DNA of 64,000 nucleotides from Monocercomonoides exilis PA203 (lineage: Eukaryota; Protista; Preaxostyla), in contig LSRY02000016.1 of the NCBI GenBank assembly GCA_001643675.2, forward strand, positions 682,001-746,000, in the 5' to 3' direction. Every line of letters starts with the position of its first letter. The stretch's first letter is position 1. The notes under the pieces are model-generated. The model saw only the letters and a list, made by a program, of their open reading frames with translations. It had not been told where the DNA came from and did not search any database. The translations under genes and the position numbers were made by a program. Of the stretch, positions 1 through 11,832 are shown piece after piece.

Positions 1-1103
1 ATGAGAATAGCTTGGGACACTCAGAGTCATCAGAGCATTTGCTGAGTGAGAGTGGCTCGACAGAATATATCTTGGGAAAAGACTCGGACAAGATTCCTCA
101 ATGGATGCTGGAAAAAGTTGAAGAAGAAGAGACAAGGAAAAGAACTCCATCACCATCCATCTCATCCACTTCCACCACTTCAACGACTGATTCTGATTCA
201 ACATTTGTTCGAGGGGAGGAACTGTGCCCTACCACCTCATCGATGTCGAATCTGGTGGATGCAATGGCCTGTTCGTCTCCTCATGAGAAGCTGATCGTTG
301 ACTTGAGGGATTCTCTGTTTATGTTGCTTCATGGAAGGAATGAGAAGAAAGAAATGGCGATTGGTTCATTGAAGGAGAGGGAGCAAACAGCTGCTCAAAT
401 CCTGTTCTGGGTGGCTAATCTTGCACTCCACTCCTTTGATGAAATGAAAAACCCTCTTCAATCTTTGGTCAATCTCAGTCCTCACATTGTGCTGTTTTCT
501 GAGCATATGGTGATCTGCGTTGTGATGCACTCTGACTTTTCGTCTGATGATTCAGAGTCATCGTCGATCTCTTCATCAACAGTTGTAACATCTGCCAGTG
601 ATGATGATGATGATGATGATGATAGAGATTCTCTTCCATCTTCAGCTTTTGAGGATGAAGATGAATTCCAAAAAGAGTGTCTGAGGTGGAAGGCGCCCGA
701 GCTTCTGATCAACAAGAAGCTGGGAGCAACAAAGGAATCGGTTGTATTTTCAATTGGGATGATGTTGTGGGAGTGTCTGACACTGAATATTCCGTTTGGA
801 GAATATGAGGCAGAGATGGCTGGGCAGAAGATCCAACGAGGAGAAACGCCAAATCTTGATGGAATCAACGCATCATCTCCCTTCTTCGGCCAATTGATCT
901 CTGCGTCGATTTCGTCCCATTCATCGCAGCGTCCGAACCTCACCGATATGAAGCGCTGTCTTATTGGGCATTTTCCACCAGGAGCAGCAATATTGACAGT
1001 TTCAGATGCAATTGATCTTCAATATGCTTCAAATGGGAACGAAGAAGGTGGCTCGTCTTGCATTGGAAATGGAAGCGAAAGTGTGGAAAACATTTTGTCC
1101 TGA
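1..1103 (+). CDS. 3' part of a receptor-like pseudokinase (cytoplasmic tail); 5' end lies outside the window
   Basis: Open frame to TGA at 1103. Kinase C-lobe motifs RWKAPE, VFSIGMMLWECLT, PFGE and RPNL are present. It is nearly identical to the C-terminus of the 43080-51283 gene. Confidence 0.85.
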   Translation, partial: ENSLGHSESSEHLLSESGSTEYILGKDSDKIPQWMLEKVEEEETRKRTPSPSISSTSTTSTTDSDSTFVRGEELCPTTSSMSNLVDAMACSSPHEKLIVDLRDSLFMLLHGRNEKKEMAIGSLKEREQTAAQILFWVANLALHSFDEMKNPLQSLVNLSPHIVLFSEHMVICVVMHSDFSSDDSESSSISSSTVVTSASDDDDDDDDRDSLPSSAFEDEDEFQKECLRWKAPELLINKKLGATKESVVFSIGMMLWECLTLNIPFGEYEAEMAGQKIQRGETPNLDGINASSPFFGQLISASISSHSSQRPNLTDMKRCLIGHFPPGAAILTVSDAIDLQYASNGNEEGGSSCIGNGSESVENILS

Positions 1104-2600
1104 TGATGACGATGATGATGGAACTGATTGTGCTTCCTTTTTGTTTCGATGCGCTTGTTCGAATAAGAAAGAGAATTTTTGTCAATTTGATTTCTGACTT
1201 TTTTTTTTCATTTTTTGAAAATTCTGACAATTTGAAACTTTGTAGGCCTCTGTTTGTTGTTTGCTTGCTTATCAACATGCTGCTTGCAATTTTTTGGAGA
1301 TTTGTGGTGCAATGCCAGTTTCCCTGTTAATTTGCAAGACATGTGCGTGCAGACAAAATATATGATATTTCAAATTTCTGTATTTTGAACACCAAATATT
1401 CGATTTCTTTCTTCGAATGATTGCGAATTCCGAAAGAATATTGCACTGAAGAATTCATTTTCAGTAATGTCTCTCCTTTTAAAGATTCACTTTTCATTTT
1501 TCAACATCTTTTCTTTTTTTTCATCCAGTCACATTTGTTATATCTTTATTTTATCAATATTTATACATTCAAATTTAATTGAGATTGAACAATTAGGTTC
1601 AAATGTTGAATTTTTATTTGTCATGTTATGTTTTCAATTCACTGACAACTTTGTTATTCCGATTTGCAATGCATTTTTTAATGAATTTATTATCAGAGAA
1701 AACTGTACAAACATTTAATTTTCTTTCTTTTTTTAAATGGGTTATTCTTTTTGATGCAATATATCTTCAATATGAAATTTCGATTCAAACAGTTGCAAGA
1801 AATGCTTTGAGATGAATTCAATGTTTTTGTTTTCATCATTTAAAACTCTGCAATATCTCTTTTTTTATCGAAGTTGTTCTGTTTATAATTTCGATGAATA
1901 ACTGACTATGATATAGTAGTTCTTATCCACAACTGACAACAGTTCAAGGAAACGCACACCGAAAAAAGGAAAGATAAAAAAATTATCTCAAAAATCGTTT
2001 TCCATTTGGAGATGACGGTGATTTGCACATCAGATCTTTTTAATTATTCAAGAAATGAAAAAAACATCTTTTCAAATGCGTGATTATTTGAGAAATCATG
2101 CAGTCACTCACCGTTCAAGTTAATTGTTAAATGTTGCCAACGATAATTCTTTAATTATTATGGTTGTTTCAGTAAAGTATATTTGTATATTATTTTATTG
2201 GAAATGCCTTTCGTTATTTCAACTTTCAGTTTATCTTCGTTTGAAACAGTTTTAACAGGATTAATTCCAAAATTGGACCTGCACTTCATTTCATCATTCT
2301 TGTCGCGAAATACTTCAAAAACGAAAGTTTCATTAATTCGTTCCTTCTTCAACGCTTGCAAAATGAGAAAAGTTAAAATTCCTTCAAACGTTCGAATTGC
2401 AGAGGCACTCAACTGCACACCGAGCCTTGTCTGCCAGGTTAGAACCGGATATATAAGGAAAAAGGTTATTGAGAAAAAAAACATGTTGATGACTCGAAAG
2501 CAAGAAAAACGAGTCATGGATATTCTAAAAAATCTGAGAGATAAAAGAAAGCAAATCACACCGAAATCGCTAAGAGCCGTTGTTGCGAAAGTTTGTCATT

Positions 2601-4593
2601 AGATAAAATGTGAAATGAATTGGTCATTTAAAGTTATTTGTGTTATTTCAAGTTTCAGCCACGAAATTTGAATAAACCCAGTTATTTTGAAATAACCTTG
2701 AAAAACTTAAATCTACTGGCCGTTTTGAAAAAGCATTGAATATGCATTTTTTTGATTGAATAAATGGTTCCAACCATGTTCAGAATTATTTTCGCTTGAT
2801 TTGTTTTATCAAAGAAATCTGAGATTTATCGTTTTGGGATTTAAAGAAAATTGCTTTGGTTATTTTTGTTTGAAAAATTCAAAAATAAAAATTAAAATTA
2901 AAATAAAAATAAAAATAAAAATTGAGTTTTCAAAAGTTGAAATATTTGATGCTCTCAAATAACACAATTTGAATTAGATTTCTTTGGATAAAAATCTTTT
3001 TTAAAAGCTTTCACAAGATTTGCAATATATAATTAATCGAATAAAAATTGAAAAATTGACAAAGAATTGCAATAACATCTTTTTCATTTCATTTTCGAAT
3101 ATTCGGTTTGTCAAAAATTGTCAAGCAAATTGATTAGCAAGCTGTGTTAAATTGCGATGCTCCTGATCATGTCAGATAATCACTTTGACTTTATTCAAAT
3201 ACAGTTCTTTTTTCTCTTCCAATGCAAAAAAATGAAAATAAAATGCATTAATGAATTTATAAATATATTAACACACCTCACATTGTTTAATGTTGCTCAA
3301 AGCTGGTACGGTTATTTCTCCTTCCTTCCGAACTTTTTTTCTTTCCTCTTTGTTCAATGTGACTTTCACAAGGAATGACACGCACATCGGATATGGATCC
3401 AAAGAACGCAAGCCGTCAAGTGAAAATAAACACTCGAAAAGATCAGTTTGAAGCTTTTCATTCTTCTCTTCTTTTTTCATTTCTTCATTATCAATCATCT
3501 TCTCAAATCTTTCGTTCATCGTATATTTTTCTAAGCTTCCATTTCACTGGTTCAACAGCACATTTAAATAGCCAATGCACTTTAGTGACAAAACTGCATT
3601 TCCCGCTGATATTTTCTTTTCTTCAATCATTTTGAAAATTCAGTCAAAAAAAAAATCTTTTGTGAAAGCAGATTTGAATTCTTCTTTATTCATTTCATCA
3701 ATCACTCCATCCACTTCAAGGAATAACAGCTTTTGCAATCCTCATTTCAATCTTCGAAACAAAAAAACCAAATCTGTTTAAAAACAATGAAATAAATTTA
3801 ATCATCATGAATTCATTTCAATTGCTATTTCACTCATGTTATCATTATTGTTTTATTTGCTCTGCAGTATTTTCGCTAAAACTTTTCAACCAGAATGTGT
3901 TAATAAAATATTTTTTTAATTAAATGAAAGAAAGCTTTTGAAATGAAAATAAAATAACATGAGAACATTTTAAACAAACAAAAGAAATTGCTTTCAAACT
4001 TGTTTTAACTGCATATTTGTTTTCAATAAACAAACGTAAAGATGAAAAATAATTAAATTGATCATTTACATAAATAAATGTTTATCAATTCGAGTTATTC
4101 ATAATAGGTATAATAAATATATTAAGAAGTTTAATGTTGTTCAAAGATTAAAAAGGAACCAATCGTGAATGATTGTGTCACTGTTTTAAAGCAAAAACAA
4201 AAATTTCTAAATTCCAAAATTGTGTATTTTAACAAAAGGAAGATAAAACTGACAAATAAATAGATTCAATTGTTTGTTGAACGTTTATCTTCATGCTAAA
4301 ATTCATAATTATTAGAAAACGATTCATTTTCTCATTCGAAGGAAAATAATTCAAATAATTAAAAAACTCACAAAAAAAAGCTTTATTTGTGAAAAACATA
4401 ACATGATATTTAATATTGATGCGTTTTTGGCTTCAACATGAATTATAATGTTTTTTTGATAAATGCAAGACTTTCAGGCCACAATAGAAAAAAATTGGTT
4501 TTTCTTCAAAACACTGCCTTTTATTTAAAATTACAGGGGAATCTTGAAATAAACAGTTTATTTTGAAATATTTTTTTATTTCACAATTTATCT
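2601..4593. mobile_element. ~2-kb non-autonomous TIR element carrying a captured gene fragment
   Basis: TAGATAAAATGTGAAAT (2600-2616) and ATTTCACAATTTATCTA (4578-4594) are a 16/17 inverted match. ATT lies on both sides (2598-2600, 4594-4596); a TA duplication is an alternative reading. Removing the element rejoins the transposase frame. Confidence 0.7.
3060..3775 (-). pseudogene. Decayed, truncated copy of the helical-repeat family (paralog of 32853-34190)
   Basis: Minus strand reads VIDEMNKEEFKSAF, ERFEKMIDNEEMKKEEKNEKLQTDLFEC and FLVKVTLNKEE..ALSNI, then an intron, then ELYLNKVKVII*HDQEHRNLTQLANQFA*QFL. It is collinear with the intact paralog and has internal stops. Confidence 0.8.
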
Positions 4594-7500
4594 ATTAAAC
4601 GCCTTCTCATAATTTTCATTCTTCATTCATAAAAAGGCATAGCGAGGAATTGATGATCGTTCCTTCAAGCGTGAGAGAAGAAAAAAGAATGAAAATATCG
4701 GAACAAAGCATTATCATCTGGAATAATCATTTGGTTCAATATGTGTGTGGAAAATATACATCCATGATCTTCTGTGCTGATGAATCAGGTTATCACGCGC
4801 ATGAAGATACAAGAAAGATGAACCTTATAGTCGGAACAAATGAAAATTTCTGAATCTATCACACACATGTTGACGGTAGAGAGATAAGGACAGCATTGCC
4901 CCACTGCATTTCACTTGATGGAACTTTTATTCCTCCTTGTTTTCTGGTGCAAAAACCGTTAAACAAAAGATCCCTTCGGTCTCTAGGCTATCAAATAGGA
5001 ATTCATGGTTGTGTGGAAATCGGAAATTCGTCTTATTTCACAAAGGAGTTGTTTGAAAACTAGGTTGAGAAAGTTTTCATTCCTCATATCAACATCAAAA
5101 GAATGATTTTACCAGATAAGCATGCACAGGCTGTGTTAATGTTTGATGGTTGCAGAATCCACCTGTCAGATAATATATTGACTCGACTTGCAAATAAAAA
5201 TAATTTGCTTTTGGTTTTCACCCAAATACAAACATTTGTTTCAAACATAGGATTTATTAATTTTCTCTCTTTGGAAGCTGCAAATTCAACAGGTAAAGTC
5301 GGGTTCAACGTACAATAGCATGGAACAACTTTTATGGGTTGCTGTGAATGCGATATTACAAGTTTCTTCGTCGATTAACATTTTTTCTGCTTTTAAAGAA
5401 AGTGGACTTGTGAATGATTTTCACAGAGCTCCTTCAACAGCGCGGATCTTCGAAGAAAGCTTCCAAAAAGTGATTGAAATTGGGTGATTTTTTTTGATAT
5501 CATAAAAAATTCCGACGATTGATCAAAAAATTATTTCATGAAGGGTTGCTTCAAAAAGAGAAATTTAATTTGAAATTGTATAAAAACAAAGTATTATATA
5601 TTATTATTATTATTTATAAGTTGATTTTTATTTGTTTCTAATCGTTTTTATACAAAATTTGTGAAAAAATATAAAATTTTCTTTGAAAAAATATCAAATA
5701 TTCAATAAACAGAACAAAACTTTAGTTGGCTGGTTTTAAAAACATGATAACAATAATTACACTACATAATTAATCAATTTCTTAAACAAAAAACTGTTTA
5801 ATAATATTTTTAAAAAAAAAAATAAGTTGAAATCGATAAACATAAAATGAGAACATTCAATTTTCAGCGTTTAATCATCTGATTCCCCAACCATCCTTTT
5901 CAACAGCCTTTTCTCCATCAAATGCTTCAATTTCTTGCTCTTCAAAATTTTGTAATATTTGTGTTTTCTGTTTTGTTTCCATCTTTCTCGATATAAAACA
6001 GATTGTTTTCCCTCAGAAATTTACAGTTCTAATTCCCTTCTCAATTTACACATCATACACGCTTTCCATATGAATCTGCTGCCTCAATTCGATGATCAGC
6101 CTTAACAATGAGCTATTCAATTTTCATTCATTTCCGCCTCCTGCCCTGAAAACAACACAAAACATATCAACAGGCAAATATTCATTCAAAGAATAATTAA
6201 TAAATACCAAACTGTCCTTCGACTGTTTTTTTGCTACCAGGCGCATCTCCACAGCTATTATCATTCCAAAAATTAATCAATCTCATCATTTCAGTCTCAG
6301 AATGGTCAAATTGCAGCTTGGAATGTGTTTCCACAAAATACATCGTGTATCTCACTGGAGGGTCTTCTCAGCCCATCCACAGCTTGATGCCTGTCCAGAG
6401 GGGTTTTTTCTGTTTTTGTCATGATCATCTCCTTTAATAATATTCTCAACCACCAAAAGAAATATATCTCGTTTATTTCATCAACACCATGCATAGGAGG
6501 GATATGGGGCAGAGAAGAGATGGAAAATGATTATTTGTGGGAGAGGGTGAAAGTTGAGTATATTTTTGAATGTTAATATTTCGAGAGGGGTTTTTGAATG
6601 AAAGAAATTCTGAGACAAAAAGGTGGAGAAGAGTTGGTGGAGATTAATAGAAGAAAATGTAGTAAATATATATGGAAGTGGCTGAGGATGATGAAGAAGG
6701 TGATTATTGTTGATTGGAGAAATGGATTTTGAAAAGAAAGAAAAGAGGACAAAAGCTTGAATGAAGAGGAAAATTGAGAAATGTACAAATGGAAGAGAGG
6801 TATTTTTTATGAGAGGAGAATATTTTATGGAAGAGAAAGAGAATCTTGAAGAAAAAGAGAGATTGATATTTTCAGAGAATTTTGTGAGCTGAATGGAAGA
6901 TGGAAATGGAAAGGGAAAAAATTTGAGAGCAATTATCATTTTCAATTTTTGAAGAGAAAGGAGAGGAAATCGCAAAAAGTCAGTGAGTTGATTTGAAGAA
7001 ATCCAACTTGTTTGACTTCCACAATCTGTTCTTCACATATTTTGTGATTGAATTTTTTCGAACCAGTCAGAAGTTCATTCATCAAATGATACGTTTTGGT
7101 CAATCAACAACTTCACACAAAGCGTCCTCGTCATCTTCTTCAGAAATGTTAGTCAACTGTTTGCACATTTCTCAACTGCATCTTCTTCTTCGCCTTCTTC
7201 TTCTTCTTCTGATAATCCTCCTTCATTCAATCACCATCTTCCTCATTTCTCGATTTTCAAACACAAAATTCGCCTTCTCACAATTCACTTGCTTATTCAG
7301 CGACAAGCACGCCTGTTATGAATCGCATAGCCAAAAACACACAAAATCTTCTTCAGTCACATATTGCTTCTTCTTCTTCTTCTTCTTCTTCTTCTTCTTC
7401 TTCTTCTCCTCCTCCTCCTCCTCCTCCTTCGCCTTCGTCTTCGTGTTTTTCTTGACCTTCTTCACAATTTTTGCTATTAACCTCTTCAAATGTTTTGTAC

Positions 7501-10500
7501 ATTTATATTTTTTAATACAAACAGCCCAGAATCATTTTCTGTTTGTGGCAAGAATTGAAAGATAATCACTCAATAGCTGCTTAAGATTCGGGGATATCCG
7601 ATTTTATTGATAAGCTTAAATCTTCCTGATAATGATATTTTGTTTACAATTAACTGCTCCTTCGAAGTTTTCTTTTCAAACACAATATTTTGTCCAATCA
7701 ATGAAATCATATGAAATCATATCAGCATCTTCTTCGAAAATATTTAAAAATAATAAATGGATTTCTCTGTAACTGCATGCATTCACCTTCCTCCTCTTTT
7801 TCAATGATATTTCCTCTCACTTCGTATAGGATCATTCCATCTTCCTTGGAATGAATATGAGTTGTTCAATCAGCGACCAGATAATTCACCCTAATAAATA
7901 TTTCATTCAGTTTGCCTTCTCTCAACAGTATCATCGTCGATATCAAAGCCTTCTGTTAGATTGCAGGATGTGCATCTGAACTGCTTTCCTCTTCTGCAAC
8001 GGCACATCCCGCTCTGCTTCAGCGTTTCGAACGACATCCGTGCGCTGGCTGTTCAGAATGAGGTGAATGGGCATCGCACGATAAATGGCAGTGGAGGGGG
8101 GAAGGGGCTGCCAGCTACGTCGCGCTAATTCTTTCTTTGTGGCACCGCCAAGAAGCGAAGAGAGAGAAGTTCAAGTTCAAATGGAAGAAGCAAAGAAGGT
8201 GGATTTCAGAAGCAAATTAGGGGCAGAGCAGAGGAAAGGAAGACAGCAGGAAGAGCCAAAGGCGAAGACGAAGACGAACGAGAAAGACGAGTTTTGCACA
8301 TCACAAATTGATGCATTCGACACAAGGCTTCCACAGGCAATAACAGAAAGGAGGAGGAAGGACAGGGGAAGAGAAGAAGGAGGTGATGAAAATGACGACG
8401 AATTGCAGCAGACATTCTGCTTGTTCGATAGCTCACTCTTATCTTCCCTGTTGTGCACTCAACACATCACTGCCTCCTCGACAATTACCACTCATCATTT
8501 TTCCCCTTGCCACACACACAATTGTCTGCCCCTTCTGTTCTTGTTGACACTCCGCCGAAGCCATTCACTCTATCGTCTCTCACTGCGGACTCCTCTTCGC
8601 TAACACAGAAGTCATTCTGCACATCGAACATGTCATATCCTTTTTTATCTCCTTCTTTTTCCATTTCTTCTTTCTCACTACCATAACATGTGCGATTCTT
8701 GGGAAAAGCAGATTGGGAAATGAAGGTGTGTTTGCAAGCAGCAGCGTGTCAGCGACGAGGGATGTGTTTGAGCCACAGAGCATCCTTTTGAACTATGCAA
8801 CGTATGTGGCTTGTCAGGAGATTCGTGTGTGCTGTGGTGAGAAGGAGGGGAAGTGAGAGAAGAAGGATGAGAAGAGGAGTGCAAATGAGTTTGTGAGTGA
8901 TAAAGATGAAAAAGGATCGTTGAGTCTGACAGATAAATTCATCGATAATGAGAAAGAAGAAGAAGAGGAGGAGGAGGAAAGAAGAAAAAGAAGATGGATT
9001 TAATAAAGACATAAGAAAGACTCAGAAAGAAAGAGGAGCAAAAGAAAAGATGAAAACAACAAAAGAGAAGAATAAGCCTGTAACGATTCTAACTACGCTT
9101 TGCTCAGATTTTCTGCCTGAAATCAAAAATCGAAGAAGGATTCAGCAGCAAATTATCGAAACACCATTCCCTTTCCCAACATTTGCTTCTGCAAGCACAT
9201 CATCTTCATTCACTTCTTCTTCATTTCCCATTTCTTCTTTCTTCTTCTTCTTCCTTCTCATCATCTTTTTCCTCCTTATCCTCTTTTGCCTCTTCTCGTT
9301 CCTCAAGTTCTGCTGGCGTTATTGCTGCTGGTGCCAGAACCACAACCTCCATTGTTAACCCCACCTTTTCCATCCCCTTCTCTTCAGCTTCCTTCTTGCA
9401 AAACATTCTATCCCTCGCCCAATCACCTCATTGTCTATCTTCGTTTTAAACACTTTGGTGCTGTGTTAAACACTTCATCAACGCTATCGCAAATGGAAGC
9501 AGTTAAGGGATAAACAGATTATAACCTCCAAGAACTCATTCACATCCACTGCACAACAGATATTTGCTCTCCGATTTCGTTCACATCGAAGCAGCAAACG
9601 AAAGAATCTGCTCCATTTGCAAAACAGAAAGCATCTCCAAAGCGCCACATCACAGGGATGCGCAACAACCCCACTCAGCATATAGCGTATCACCACAACA
9701 TTCTCACGTTACGACAGCAGCAGCGACAGCGGCATGCGACTCAAATTCACCTCAGCTGCCTTCCGATATCGTCAATTACTGCTGCTAACACATTTGTTGG
9801 TGACAAAACCGATGCATCCGAAGGATCAATAACAGATACTGTTGATGAAGATGAAGATGGCAATGGCTTTTCAGCGCCTGCAACAATTTTCTCTTTGCAA
9901 CTTCTCCTACTGAATGGTGAAGCCGACAGGCACCCTGGTCCAGTTGGAAAATTAAAAAGAATGAAAAATGAAGAAGAAGAAGAGCATCTCTCAAAGTTCG
10001 AGAATAACTTGGAATTTTTTTGTTCAAAGCGAAGATTCCGAAAGATACAAGTGAAGATGTTACCAAAATCTGATAGATCCGAACATTTTGAGATAAAATT
10101 GAGAAAGACGATGCTTCTGTCAGCTCAATAATTGAAGGATCTTTCTGTTTCTTATTCTTCGCCAGCATTTCCATTGACCTATCTGTTTGTAACTTGCAAT
10201 AGAATGAATGACCTAAAATATTTCTATCATTTTTATTGGCAAAATATGCTATTTTTCCTTCTCCTTCTCTTTCTTCTTCTTCTTCTTCTTCTTCTTCTTC
10301 TTCTTCTTCGTTCTTCATTCTTCATTTACCTCATCAATAATACTGAATTAGCTAATTTTTATTTCAAGGAAAACATGTAATCTGCGGAAGTTTGCTGGTT
10401 TCTGTGTGCCAAATTTACGCTGCTCATGGAACAGCAGGTCTTATAAAAGAAGTTGAAAGAGAAGGGGTTTGTGAGAGAGATGAGGTGGAATATTGTGAGG

Positions 10501-11433
10501 TTGTTAAAAGTGAGACTCGCAATGAAGGAATGGTCGAGGAAGAGGGAAATGGCTGAGAGGAGAAGAAAATAAAGAAAATGAATGACACAAATTCGCAGAG
10601 AAAGCTTTTAAAGTTTTTCAGAGAGATAAGCAATGAAGCAGTATAACGAAAAATTAATTTGGAAAACATTGGAGATAAAAAAAAGACAATATGAGTTGCA
10701 TTTTCAAATGTGGGATAAAGATGAAAAAGAGCAGAAACTGAAGAAAAATGAATGGAGGATAAGAAAGAAGCTGAATGGGAATGTAATATGAAGAATAAAG
10801 AGAAAAAGAAGAGTTTTTGAAAGTGGTAATAATTAATTAATGTAACTCCTTCATTTTTTGAAACGATATTTGCTGAATCTGTTGAACTGCTCAGCTGAAG
10901 CAGAAAGTTAATGATTAAGTTTCAGCTCGATTAATATAAAATAAAATGCATGTTATTTGAAAGAAATGTTATTTTGTTCTTTTATATCCATCAACATTGT
11001 TCAATAAATTTAAATTTTCTTTATAAGTTTTGTTTTCACAATTATGATATTACTATTTTTCTTTGAGAAGTTTGAATTTTCTATTAAAAGAATTTTTTTT
11101 AATTGACTTGATCAAAAAAACCTTTTACACTTAAATCATAAAAGAGGTATGTTTTTTTGCATATTAAAATGAAACAAACATATATTACAGATATTTAAGC
11201 TGAATATTTGCAAAAAATCAAATTTTCTCTTTGATCAATAAATACCACTATAGATTTTATTTTTTTTCAATTTTTGATCTTTTTCATGATATCAAAAAAA
11301 ATCACCCATATATAGTTATTAGTGAATCAAATTTTTTTTGTCTTGTTCATAAAAAGCTTGAAAGTCTATATTTTCTAACCCTGGGTGACGTGAAGAAAAA
11401 AGCTCGCCACGTCCGTCACCTATTTTCCACTTC

Positions 11434-11464
<31 letters not shown>

Positions 11465-11539
11465 TAGTAGAAAATAAGAATTATTGGCATATTCACAGAG
11501 AACGGGGCAGCTTTGATCTGACCCAGTATTTTTTTATTT

Positions 11540-11699
11540 TTAGGGTAAAAATTTCAAAATAATCACTGTATTAATTGCTTGGTTTAGGTTTTAGGGTTAG
11601 CGTAACAGATCTTGGGTTTAGGGTTATGTTCCCGCTCTTCTTTTTAGGGTTAGCACTCAAAAAAATATGATCTTGTTTGGATTTTTAGGGTTAGGGTTA
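11540..11699 (+). repeat. Cluster of six dispersed telomere-type TTAGGG motifs (consensus TTTAGGGTTA)
   Basis: TTAGGG at 11540, 11591, 11618, 11644, 11685 and 11691, all on the + strand and directly upstream of the tRNA-like cassette. Confidence 0.8.
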
Positions 11700-11735
11700 A
11701 GCCAGGTTTAAGTTGAGTCATAAGAAAGTAAAGCT

Positions 11736-11832
11736 GGGCTTTGGCTCGAGTAGCGTAAGCGGTAGCTACCTCGACCATTGATATTCCGTTGGTCAAAGGT
11801 CGGGGGTTCGACTCCTGCCAAAGCTCTTTTTT
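11736..11832 (+). ncRNA. tRNA-like / tRNA-derived Pol III cassette (non-canonical; no anticodon assignable)
   Basis: A-box-like TAGCGTAAGCGG at 11751 and B-box GGTTCGACTCC at 11805-11815, preceded by a variable-loop-like AGGTC. A 10-bp closing stem pairs GGGCTTTGGC with GCCAAAGCTC. A T6 terminator follows at 11827-11832. Confidence 0.7.

Larger units (their letters stand above)
2259..5490 (+). pseudogene. pogo/Tigger-like (CENP-B HTH + DDE_1) transposase pseudogene, interrupted by the 2601-4593 insertion
   Basis: N-terminal part: RIAEALNCTPSLV and MTRKQEKRVMDILKNLRDKRKQITPKSLRAVVAKV (HTH-like). It resumes in the same frame at 4599 with TPSHNFHSSFIKRHSEEL, then IFCADESG, LDGTFIPP, YFTKELFEN*VEKVF and VLMFDGCRIH. 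Stops and frameshifts are present. No TIRs were found and the ends are approximate. Confidence 0.75.

Noticed and set aside
1500-5860. TIRs for the pogo-like element
   Set aside because: I searched by eye on both sides of the transposase and found no convincing inverted pair.
11540-11699. Telomerase RNA template or a true telomere
   Set aside because: The motifs are multiple and dispersed inside a TIR element rather than a single template or tandem array. The Pol III cassette is on the G-rich strand and downstream of them.
11736-11832. tRNA-Sec or a normal tRNA
   Set aside because: The closing stem is long, but there is no TCA in a 7-nt anticodon loop and no long variable arm, and canonical acceptor pairing fails.
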